Shown: one piece after another, positions 55,985 through 64,000 of the stretch | How positions within the stretch are numbered: the stretch's first letter is position 1 | How the letters are laid out: the number at the start of each line of letters is the position of its first letter | DNA from: a virus | Taxonomy: Duplodnaviria > Caudoviricetes | Length of the DNA: 64,000 bases | Reading direction: 5' to 3' (one strand) | IMG/VR virus record: IMGVR_UViG_3300037781_000006 | Coordinates: 11,107-75,106 of that record | Program-made: the position numbers and the translations under genes | Notes under the pieces: generated by a model | Seen by the model: only the letters and a program-made list of their open reading frames with translations | Told to the model about the DNA's origin: nothing | The model's database searches: none

Positions 55985-56725
55985 TCAGTCCTCGTAGTAT
56001 TTGAGGAGTCGCTTGATCACGGGACCGAGATCGTTGTCGATGTAGAGTTCGGAACGATCCCACATCCCCATGGGTGAGCGAATGCGATCACCGACGGTTT
56101 TCTTGGTGGTTCGGGTTTGGAAGACGTGCTTGAAGCCCAGTTCTTCTTCTTCCTCCGTGATGGTCAGCATGTCATTGGACGGATGCTTCTGGAGATCCTT
56201 GATGGTTTCCTTGCTGACGTTGATCACGGTGGTGAAGTAGGCTTCGAGGCCCTTCTTCTTCAGGGCACCCTTGACGGGAACGCTGGTACGGAACACACCC
56301 GCTTCCTCATCCAGTTCACGGTCCAAGTGACCGATGAAGATGAAGAAGGCGTCCACCTTCGACGAGGCGTTGATGAGACGCTTGAAGAACTGGGAGTAGT
56401 TGCCCCATGCCTTCTGGGTGTTTGCAGAGTCGATCACATGGACCGTCTCGTACATATCCATCATGAAACTGATGGTGTCGATCACCACGAAGTTGTAGGG
56501 GTTTTCGGACCCCAGTTCTTCCAGTTGGTCGAGCCAGTCGATGATGTCTTCTGGATCGGTGATGACCTTGTTCTTGAACTTGTTCTTGAAGGGCAGGGGT
56601 TTCCCGCCCTCACAGTTCAAGTACAGCACGTCTGTGCGATCTCGCAGGGAGAACAGGGACATGGACTTGCCAGCCCCTGACTCCCCACAGATCAGGATGC
56701 TGTGGGGGTTGTTGGCGTCAGACAT
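55985..56725 (-). CDS. AAA_24/Sak4-like ATPase (N4 gp44-like)
   Basis: GESGAGKS, VIDTISFMMD, GLEAYFTTV, RIRSPMGMW. Confidence 0.85.
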   Translation of the reverse strand: MSDANNPHSILICGESGAGKSMSLFSLRDRTDVLYLNCEGGKPLPFKNKFKNKVITDPEDIIDWLDQLEELGSENPYNFVVIDTISFMMDMYETVHVIDSANTQKAWGNYSQFFKRLINASSKVDAFFIFIGHLDRELDEEAGVFRTSVPVKGALKKKGLEAYFTTVINVSKETIKDLQKHPSNDMLTITEEEEELGFKHVFQTRTTKKTVGDRIRSPMGMWDRSELYIDNDLGPVIKRLLKYYED

Positions 56726-56743
56726 TGAGTCTCCTTCGGATGG

Positions 56744-58900
56744 TTATGGCATCTTCGATGCGACGGATTTCAGGACTGTCGAGTAGATCTCGTCCCTCTT
56801 GAGAGGAGAGTCCGAACTGGCGTTGAGAGCGAGAACTTTCTTCTCCAGTTCGTCGTAGCCCATGCCTGCATCCTTGAGCATCATGGCGTAGTTGAGCAGG
56901 GTGTTATTCCTACCTCCAACCTCCATGTTGTTCAAGAACCAACGCTCCAGATTCTCAAGGTTTCCGAGGTCTGTCACTTGCTGGACATACTCGGAGTTGG
57001 CCTTGGTCTTCGGGATAAACGGAAGGACATCAATGACTTGCGGGCCACGGTTGATGTGAACCACAGAGTTCTCATTGGTTTGCCACTTCTTGGATCGCTG
57101 GTTCGCAGACTGGTCGGACTCGAACGGCAGCCACAGAAGGAAGGAATTCATGAACTCCTTGTAGTCGTCCTTCTCCAAGTGCAGGAGATAGTTCGATGGC
57201 ATGATGAGCCTGAAGCGATTCTCCTCGTCTGTGTGACGCTTGGTTGTGGCTGTGATGAAGGTGTAGTCAGCCAGAAGCTGATGGACAGCATCGAGCTTGA
57301 TGCCACCGTCTACGTCTACCACCAGCATGTTGAAGCCGGGGATCACCTTGTCCTCACTGCGATGGCCATTCTCGAAAGAGTGGTTGCACCAGTGAAGGTT
57401 CGGCTGCTTGAGCAGGATCTCCAGCTTCTCAAGAGGCTGTTCCTGATCCTCGTAGTCATAGGCGAAGTGATCGCTGAAGCTGAACTTCAGCTTGTTCAGA
57501 TCCGTCTCTGAGAGAGTCGAACCAGAGAAGAACTCCACCTGTTGCACCACGTTCTTGGTGATGACCACATGGTTGCTCACACCCCATGCCATGGCCAAGT
57601 CCATCATCTCCTTACGAGCGACAGTCGAGGTCGGGTAGTAGGGCAGATCCTCAACCAAGTCTGCGTGAGTGAGGTTGTCCGGGCTGGTGGCGATGTATTT
57701 CGCCAATCGAACGAAGTTTCGTTCCCGCTTCAGGAGTTTCTGAAAGCTGAGACCTGACTCCTCCGCGACCTTGATGGCTTGACGGAGATGCTGGATCTGG
57801 ATTTCACTCGACTCGTCGAGGAAAGCGTACACTCCAGCGAGTTTCAGGGATTTGAAGTACCTGTGTGCCAGTTCAGCCTTTCGGATTTCCTCGTGCTCAG
57901 GCATCTCGTTCGCCATTGCCTCACACTGGAGACGATAGCTGATGAGTTCGATGCCCACATCCTTCGGCACGGCCAACGTGTGGTTGTAGTACCGAGGGTC
58001 GGCAAACTTGGTGAGGAATGTCTGCCAACGGGTGAGTGCCGCAGATTGGTTCTTGGACACCAGCCCGTTGTAGACATCTTCAGGATTGATGGCTGCGAAC
58101 TTGGTTTCGCTCTTGCCCATCCCGAAGAAGCAGCGTCGAGCGTAGCCAGTGGCGAGGAAGGAATAGAACTCCTCTTCGATCTTGGCTCCGTCGAAGAGCT
58201 TGGAACTGGTTCCGAACATCAGGACATTGGCAGGTGTGGAACCAGCAATGTCGAGACCCCGTTCGTTGTCCGGGGTGTTCTTCACCAGCTTGGCCTTGAT
58301 CTTGCCAAGGTCGTAAAGCTCCAGCAGTGTGTTGAGAACTTCGTTGTTTCCCAACAAGTTGGAACCCATCTCATCCATCTGGAAGTTGATGGAACCCACT
58401 CCTGAGAGCAGGAGCTTGTAGCGAAGCTGCTTCACAGCAGGACCAGTGCCCGAGTCGAAGATGAATGGTGCATGTCCCTGCTTCTTGAAGTCAGACTCCA
58501 GAGCTTCAAGCTCTTTCTGTTCGTCGCCACCCTTGGCAGCAGCGATGTCCACGGCCAGATCGAAGAGGTTCTGTTCAGCAAGCTGACCGAAGGTGTTCTT
58601 CATGTACATCTCTCTGAAACCAGAGAGCACCTCTTCGAGAAGATTCACGGAATGGCCTTTGCCGAAGCCACTGGTGGCCAGACCGATGGAATAGATGTTC
58701 ACGGGCAAGACACCACGTTCAGGTGACTGGATCTTGCACCGCATTGCGGACGGTATCAGGCCAAGGAAATACGCCACTTCAGCCTGAAAGAAGTCCCGAT
58801 TGACCTGCCCTGTACGGTGACAGAGAAGGTCAGTCAGTTCCTGCATTGCATGGTGATGCGGTGTGTTCTCGATGACGCTGATGTCATAGAAGTTAGACAT
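56744..58900 (-). CDS. DNA primase (N4 gp43-like)
   Basis: TSGFGKGHS, DEMGSNL, VVDVDGG, C-terminal GGRNNTLLNYA (PriCT-like). Confidence 0.88.
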   Translation of the reverse strand: MSNFYDISVIENTPHHHAMQELTDLLCHRTGQVNRDFFQAEVAYFLGLIPSAMRCKIQSPERGVLPVNIYSIGLATSGFGKGHSVNLLEEVLSGFREMYMKNTFGQLAEQNLFDLAVDIAAAKGGDEQKELEALESDFKKQGHAPFIFDSGTGPAVKQLRYKLLLSGVGSINFQMDEMGSNLLGNNEVLNTLLELYDLGKIKAKLVKNTPDNERGLDIAGSTPANVLMFGTSSKLFDGAKIEEEFYSFLATGYARRCFFGMGKSETKFAAINPEDVYNGLVSKNQSAALTRWQTFLTKFADPRYYNHTLAVPKDVGIELISYRLQCEAMANEMPEHEEIRKAELAHRYFKSLKLAGVYAFLDESSEIQIQHLRQAIKVAEESGLSFQKLLKRERNFVRLAKYIATSPDNLTHADLVEDLPYYPTSTVARKEMMDLAMAWGVSNHVVITKNVVQQVEFFSGSTLSETDLNKLKFSFSDHFAYDYEDQEQPLEKLEILLKQPNLHWCNHSFENGHRSEDKVIPGFNMLVVDVDGGIKLDAVHQLLADYTFITATTKRHTDEENRFRLIMPSNYLLHLEKDDYKEFMNSFLLWLPFESDQSANQRSKKWQTNENSVVHINRGPQVIDVLPFIPKTKANSEYVQQVTDLGNLENLERWFLNNMEVGGRNNTLLNYAMMLKDAGMGYDELEKKVLALNASSDSPLKRDEIYSTVLKSVASKMP

Positions 58901-59888
58901 CGGGGAAATACTCCTTGCGTTGTTCACAAACCGAGAAAGCAGGGCAATACTCGCAGGCTTTCACTTCACCTTTGACGGTGACGATGGTGCCTTTGCCCTT
59001 CTCCCGGAGGTGGAGTTCAGCATCTGCCATGTTGGCAAATGTCTTCTGAGCACGCCCACCCTTCTTGGCAGTCTCCGGGTTGGCGTAATACTTGTACTGG
59101 TCAGGCTGCTTCCACAGTTCCTCATCAGTGCAGCGAACCATCTTGTCCTGCTGGTTCGCATGTCTGGCGTTCTTCTTGATGTGGTCGAGCTTATCGAGAA
59201 CCCACTGCTCAGTCTCTTCCATCGACATGAGAGGGAACTCTTTGTGAGCCACCTTCGCTTGAGGGTAGTTCGGATCAGCCTTGGCCCGGAACTTCTGCCA
59301 GTCGGTGAAGATGAACTCGATCCTCATGGTATCCTGCCAGATGAGTTCTGGCATGATGTAGCGATACATGGAGCCTTGGAGGATGTAGTCCTTGTCCTTG
59401 GATCCAGAGGTATAGCTGAAGGTCGAGGTGGTCTTCACGTCCCGGTATGCACCGTTGATGGCGAAGTCCAGTTGGCCGGTGAGAACAATACCCCCGATTT
59501 CCTTGAATCGGCGCTGCTCCAAGAAGATGGGAATATCGTTCCCACCGACCTCAGAGGGATCTGGATTGATCTTGACACGATCAATCACTGACTGGGGATA
59601 GTGGAGACGCCGCATCGCCCCCTCCCAGTCGCCCTCTGTCCACGCTCGCTCAATGGAATCATGGAGTCCATGTCCCACCCGCGAGGCAATCAGATCAGAT
59701 ACGTCCATCACCTCTTGGCTCTGGTCTACCTGACGTTCGAGGATGAGCCGACGAGTCGGCTTCATCAGTGTTGTCACACTGATCAACTCACCTTCAGGAG
59801 CGACATCTGCTCCAGAATAGTAGCCCTGCTGGAGAAGCCAGACTGCAATGGGCAGGTCGATCTGATGGTTGTTGGTCAGCTTTTTCAT
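58893..59888 (-). CDS. PD-(D/E)XK nuclease (N4 gp42-like)
   Basis: GQLDF...RDVKTTS, YILQGSMY, terminal CEYC...C.Q. Confidence 0.85.
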   Translation of the reverse strand: MKKLTNNHQIDLPIAVWLLQQGYYSGADVAPEGELISVTTLMKPTRRLILERQVDQSQEVMDVSDLIASRVGHGLHDSIERAWTEGDWEGAMRRLHYPQSVIDRVKINPDPSEVGGNDIPIFLEQRRFKEIGGIVLTGQLDFAINGAYRDVKTTSTFSYTSGSKDKDYILQGSMYRYIMPELIWQDTMRIEFIFTDWQKFRAKADPNYPQAKVAHKEFPLMSMEETEQWVLDKLDHIKKNARHANQQDKMVRCTDEELWKQPDQYKYYANPETAKKGGRAQKTFANMADAELHLREKGKGTIVTVKGEVKACEYCPAFSVCEQRKEYFPDV

Positions 59889-60031
59889 GAAAGCATCTCC
59901 TTGAGTTCGGAAAGAAGTGTTTCAGCACGGTTGCCATGATACAGAGAAGATCTGTAATCCTGCATCATGTCAGCCTCTGCTTCCTTGTAGCGATGGTGTT
60001 TGATCTTCCAGACCAGAAGATAGGCTTTCAT
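59885..60031 (-). CDS. Small hypothetical protein (48 aa)
   Basis: Manual translation MKAYLLVWKIKHHRYKEAEADMMQDY...; GAGGTG RBS; ATGA overlap. Confidence 0.55.
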   Translation of the reverse strand: MKAYLLVWKIKHHRYKEAEADMMQDYRSSLYHGNRAETLLSELKEMLS

Positions 60032-60034
60032 GGT

Positions 60035-60226
60035 TCACACCTCTTCGACTGTGCTGACGATCTCAGCGATGCGTGATGCGTTGATGGAAACGACTTCCTC
60101 TTTCTCGACCCAGATGAAGAGAACCCATCCGGGATTCTCATAGTTGATCTGATCGTAACCACGCATCTCTTGGTAGCCCTCCTCACCGATGTAACGGATG
60201 TGAGAGACGTTGATGGTATTGTTCAT
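60035..60226 (-). CDS. Hypothetical protein (63 aa)
   Basis: ATGA overlap with the polymerase stop. Confidence 0.6.
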   Translation of the reverse strand: MNNTINVSHIRYIGEEGYQEMRGYDQINYENPGWVLFIWVEKEEVVSINASRIAEIVSTVEEV

Positions 60227-62838
60227 GCTGCTATGCCTTTCTCTTTCAGGTCAGCAAGGTGTTCACGGATCTTGTCTTTGATCGTGTTCTCGTTGGCTGC
60301 GTTGGGGATATCGAAGCCATGGTTCCAGTTCGGATAGAAGATCTCCACCGAACCAGACAGCTTCACTTCATCGTGCCAGATCTCAGGATCATCTTGCCAC
60401 GAGACTTCCTTGGGAAGCTCGGTGTTCAGATACATGAGTGCTTCATACGCCCCGTCACGAACGAGGTAATACTGAGCGTCATGGATGTGAGCACATGGCT
60501 TGATGTCCAGTCGATGCTTGGAGACTCGGACCTTCTTCATGAAGGCGCTGGCAGCCCGTGAGTTGAGCATACAGTAGCTCTGACCCATGGCGTTACCTGC
60601 TGTCCTCCCCTCTGCTGCTGCCTCCTTGGGGGTCTTCCCTGTGCCAAGGATGGTCTGTTTGAGAAGAGGAGTCCGGACTCGGAGACCGAAGGCCACTGTG
60701 ATGTAGCCATCGTGAGTCGCTTGCTCCAGTTTCTGGTTCACGTAGTCAATCGAGACCTTGTACATCTTACGATATTTGGCCTCGATCATCTGAGCTTTCT
60801 CCTTGCTGAAACCACAGTTCGCCATCAGCGTGTGGAATGTACCCTGATAGGTCAGGGCGAAGGTAGGAGCTTTCGACTCCTGTCGCAGTGGCTTGTACTT
60901 CTTGGCGATGCTGTTGATGCTTTCCACCGACGTAGGGTCGATGTCTGGCATCTGATCACCGAAGTACCCGTAGGCTCTGAGAGAGTGACCATCGTAGCCG
61001 TCGGTGTAGACCTTCAGCTTCTCAGGATCCTTTGTCTGCAATGCAGAGATCCGGTCTTCGAGAGAGTCGAAGTCCAGACCCACAAAGAGCCATCCGGGAG
61101 GGGCTTCAAAGCATTCTTTGATCAGCTTGGCAAGTCTGCTCTTGAGCGGACCACCTGCACTGCTCGGAATGTTCTGGAGATTGGGGTTGTTGGATGACAA
61201 CCGCCCAGAAAGAGTACCACCTAGCCGGAAGTTTCCGAATAGGTAGTGCCACCCATCTGGTCCCGGACATGCTTTCAGGAATGCCGGGATGAAGGTGCTG
61301 ATGATGATCGCACTGGCCTTGTACTCCAGCAGGATGTTCAGGAAGTCCTTCACATCTTCAGTGATGTTCTGCTGAAGCAGTTTCTCCAGTGTGTCAGCAC
61401 CTGTGGATGGAAGCCCAGAGTCTGTCAGATCGAGCACTGGCAAACCAAGGAACTCCTTGGAATACAGCAGTCTTTGAAGCTGTGGAGCAGATCCGGGGTT
61501 GAACTCAACCACCAGATCTTTGGTCTTTCCAAGGTCAGCACGAGTGACAACCTTGGTCTTCAGCTTCTCGTTCTTCTTCTTGAGAGCATCTTCCTCAAGC
61601 TGATAGACGAACCCTTGGACGATCTTCGTCTGGTTCATCTTCCAGACACAGTGGTCTGATTCTTGGTTCAGTTGCTTGTCGAGAGCTTCGACCTTCTGCA
61701 TGTTCACCGGCAAGCCGGTCAACTGCATCTGGATGATGTCCACAGCCCACTCTTTGAAGTGCTGGTAGGTCTCCATCTGCTGGTCAGCAACCATGGTCGG
61801 ATAGTGCTTGTTGTACACGTACCATGTGCTGAGACCATCGACGAGATTGTACCTCAACAGATCATCGAGAGGGATCTGAGTGATGTCGTTGATCTCTTCC
61901 ACAGCATAGTTGCCAGCGAACTCCTGTGCTTGAGCTTTGAGACCTAACTCATTGCCAGCACAGGAGTTCGTCGCAAGATAGGTGATGAGTTGGGAGTCTT
62001 CCCAGTTCTTCAGCATCACCTTCAGACCTTCGAGGAGTCCATCCTGATCCAAGATGTCATCCATGAACAACTGGAAGATCAACACGTACACGTCGTAGCA
62101 GGCATTATGATAGATCATCCTGCGCTTGAAGTTCTCGAAGAACCTCCGCAGTGCCTGTCGAATGACTGGATCTTCTTTCTTGGTTCGGGTGTTGTCCACC
62201 TCGAAGGCTATGCCGTTGTGTTCATCCCAGCAGAACGTGATCGTTCCGATCCCTGCATCGTAGTGCTTCAGAGAGAAGCCTTCGATGTCACAGGAGAGAT
62301 CCACATCCATCTTGATCAGCTTGTCGAGCCAATCGAGCTTGTCTTTCAGCGTAGATGGATACGTGGCTCCATGGATGATATCAGATCCGACCTTCTTGTG
62401 GGATCCTCCGAAGTAGTGGGTAACGGCCCGGAGTGATTGATCAATCTTTCCCTTGGTTTTTTCCGGATCGTAGAAAACACGGGCGTAGTTGGGGCAGTAG
62501 GTTGCCTTGAAACCAGCGACCGAATCAAAGATATCACCGATGTTCGCATCTGTTTTTCCCTGCTTTGTCAGTACCTTGAAGTAGTCTGGCTGGGTGACAA
62601 CGAGCATCTCGATACCAGCTTGAGCCAGATTGGGAAGGAGATCATCCAGATACTCCTTGATGTCGGAGTTGGATGTCTTCTTCTTCTTTCGGTCGAGGAA
62701 GAGGTCACAGATCATGACCTCCTCATTCATCTGCGAAAGCACTGGCATGTAGTGTTTGATCACCTCGTTCTTCTGGATGCGTGGAACCAAGATAGCGATT
62801 CTGGCGGGACCACCTTTGCCAATGATTTCGTAGTGCAT
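60223..62838 (-). CDS. Family A DNA polymerase (N4 gp39-like)
   Basis: Exo I DIEGFS, TLSGRLSSNNPNLQN, motif A LDFDSLE, motif B RQESKAPTFALTY, motif C IHDA. Confidence 0.93.
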   Translation of the reverse strand: MHYEIIGKGGPARIAILVPRIQKNEVIKHYMPVLSQMNEEVMICDLFLDRKKKKTSNSDIKEYLDDLLPNLAQAGIEMLVVTQPDYFKVLTKQGKTDANIGDIFDSVAGFKATYCPNYARVFYDPEKTKGKIDQSLRAVTHYFGGSHKKVGSDIIHGATYPSTLKDKLDWLDKLIKMDVDLSCDIEGFSLKHYDAGIGTITFCWDEHNGIAFEVDNTRTKKEDPVIRQALRRFFENFKRRMIYHNACYDVYVLIFQLFMDDILDQDGLLEGLKVMLKNWEDSQLITYLATNSCAGNELGLKAQAQEFAGNYAVEEINDITQIPLDDLLRYNLVDGLSTWYVYNKHYPTMVADQQMETYQHFKEWAVDIIQMQLTGLPVNMQKVEALDKQLNQESDHCVWKMNQTKIVQGFVYQLEEDALKKKNEKLKTKVVTRADLGKTKDLVVEFNPGSAPQLQRLLYSKEFLGLPVLDLTDSGLPSTGADTLEKLLQQNITEDVKDFLNILLEYKASAIIISTFIPAFLKACPGPDGWHYLFGNFRLGGTLSGRLSSNNPNLQNIPSSAGGPLKSRLAKLIKECFEAPPGWLFVGLDFDSLEDRISALQTKDPEKLKVYTDGYDGHSLRAYGYFGDQMPDIDPTSVESINSIAKKYKPLRQESKAPTFALTYQGTFHTLMANCGFSKEKAQMIEAKYRKMYKVSIDYVNQKLEQATHDGYITVAFGLRVRTPLLKQTILGTGKTPKEAAAEGRTAGNAMGQSYCMLNSRAASAFMKKVRVSKHRLDIKPCAHIHDAQYYLVRDGAYEALMYLNTELPKEVSWQDDPEIWHDEVKLSGSVEIFYPNWNHGFDIPNAANENTIKDKIREHLADLKEKGIAA

Positions 62839-62841
62839 GGT

Positions 62842-63171
62842 TTACCTCATGTCTTCGGGCCTCACGCTGAAGAAGCGAGTCTCCTCTGGATCTTCGATGG
62901 TGAAGGACTGCTGGTGTAGACCGATTCGAAGCCTCTCTGCAAGATTTTCTGCATGAATCTTGAGATCTGCTGGGTCTTTGGGGAATCTGGCGTAGTTGAT
63001 CAGAGTCACGCAAACACCAGATTCCTCTCCACCTGTGTAGATGTAGTTGGCACGAACCACAGAAACACAGTAGCCCTGCTCACAGTATTCCCGGCAGATT
63101 TCCTCTGCACGGTCGTAGTTTCCAGCGATCCAGATTCGAATCGTGAAGCTCGGGGCTGTCTTGACGATCAT
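62842..63171 (-). CDS. Conserved hypothetical protein (N4 gp38-like position)
   Basis: YIYTGGEESG...LINYARFP motif; between helicase and polymerase. Confidence 0.7.
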   Translation of the reverse strand: MIVKTAPSFTIRIWIAGNYDRAEEICREYCEQGYCVSVVRANYIYTGGEESGVCVTLINYARFPKDPADLKIHAENLAERLRIGLHQQSFTIEDPEETRFFSVRPEDMR

Positions 63172-64000
63172 TTGAAGAACCTCTCAGGGAGCTTGCCTCG
63201 GATGTAGAGGCGGTTCTTGGGACGAGTGAGAGCCACGTACTGGAGACGGGCTGCCATCTCGTTCTGAGTACACTTCCCGATGTCAGCAAGGTCCACGATG
63301 ACTTCATCGTAGGTGGAACCCTGTGCCTTGTGGGTCGTGCTGGCTGCCACAGAACGAAGATCCGGATGGTTGTCACGGAACTTGAAGAACCGATCCCACT
63401 TCTTCCGGGACTTCCAGTATTTCAGGACTTCCTCACGGTCGTTGGGATCTGCTGTGACAGTCACCTCGTAGACAGCGAAGGTCTCAGGATCCCGAACCAC
63501 GAGATCAATCATGTCGATGACATGACCCGGAACCAGTTGGTCGTTCTGATACTCGTCACCTCGTTCGATCACCTCCACAACCTGATCGGTGTAGAGGCGA
63601 GTCTTGTCCACCAGTTCAGCACTGGAGTTGTTGGTGAGCATCTCACCCACCTCGTAGTGCTGCGTGTAGCCACGAAGCTGACGGACGTAGAGGTTGTAGT
63701 CCCGGACTCTCTCGTTGGTGTAGCAGAGAATCCGACGTTTGGGATCTTCCTGATGGTAATCCCGTTCGAGGATCCCTTTCATCTGGTTCCCATTCACGAA
63801 GTCGATCACACCGGGGACTTCTTCGATCTTGAAGAACTCACCAGTCAGGACTGTCTGCTTGGCCATCTCTGCCAGATCCATGAGAGCTTGCTGACCCTCC
63901 TGACGGACAGGCTGAATCAGAAGACTCTCGCTCTTGTTCAGAGCATACACCGGGGAGATGTTTTCCTTAACCGGGGCAAGCTGATTTTTGTCACCGACGA
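63168..64000 (-). CDS. SF1 (Dda/RecD-like) DNA helicase, 5'-partial
   Basis: Frame is open to the window end (VGDKNQLAPV motif III); TTHKAQGSTYD, QYVALTRP. Confidence 0.88.
   Translation of the reverse strand, partial: VGDKNQLAPVKENISPVYALNKSESLLIQPVRQEGQQALMDLAEMAKQTVLTGEFFKIEEVPGVIDFVNGNQMKGILERDYHQEDPKRRILCYTNERVRDYNLYVRQLRGYTQHYEVGEMLTNNSSAELVDKTRLYTDQVVEVIERGDEYQNDQLVPGHVIDMIDLVVRDPETFAVYEVTVTADPNDREEVLKYWKSRKKWDRFFKFRDNHPDLRSVAASTTHKAQGSTYDEVIVDLADIGKCTQNEMAARLQYVALTRPKNRLYIRGKLPERFFK

Noticed and set aside
1-64000. tRNAs, CRISPR arrays, integrase, introns/inteins, homing endonucleases
   Set aside because: No cloverleaf, spaced repeat array or interrupted conserved gene was recognised by eye; tRNAscan-SE and Infernal would be decisive

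Overview
About 64 kb of an N4-like (Schitoviridae) podophage genome, reverse-complemented relative to the N4 map and circularly permuted. All family calls come from motif and synteny recognition; no database search was run. Hallmarks: a 3585-aa cysteine-free virion RNA polymerase (43245-54002), split RNAPII (RNAP1 16905-17696, RNAP2 13588-14784), a gp2-like coactivator, a MoxR-AAA/vWA pair, a replication block (SSB, AAA, primase, PD-(D/E)XK nuclease, family A DNA polymerase, partial helicase) and a plus-strand late block (terminase, lysis cassette, portal, capsid, gp55-gp51-like genes). Three N4-type vRNAP hairpin promoters (GC-GGA-GC) lie on the template strand in front of the early genes. 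They place the physical genome end, probably a collapsed terminal repeat, at about 19.5-20.1 kb. Gene content (ThyX, dCTP deaminase, bL12-like protein, long capsid protein) resembles N4-like roseophages, so an alphaproteobacterial host is inferred. Best leads: (1) a translationally coupled anti-defence candidate operon of metallophosphoesterase, Tad2, an Acb2/Tad1-like hairpin protein and a small membrane peptide, behind an RBS-occluding hairpin; (2) an extra HExxH zincin domain between acidic linkers in the injected vRNAP; (3) a 14-bp hairpin burying the vRNAP RBS, with a promoter positioned to bypass it; (4) two separate adhesin loci sharing a discoidin-like module; (5) a split gp51-like gene and a fused RusA/gp46-like gene. 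No CRISPR array, tRNA, integrase, intron or intein was recognised.
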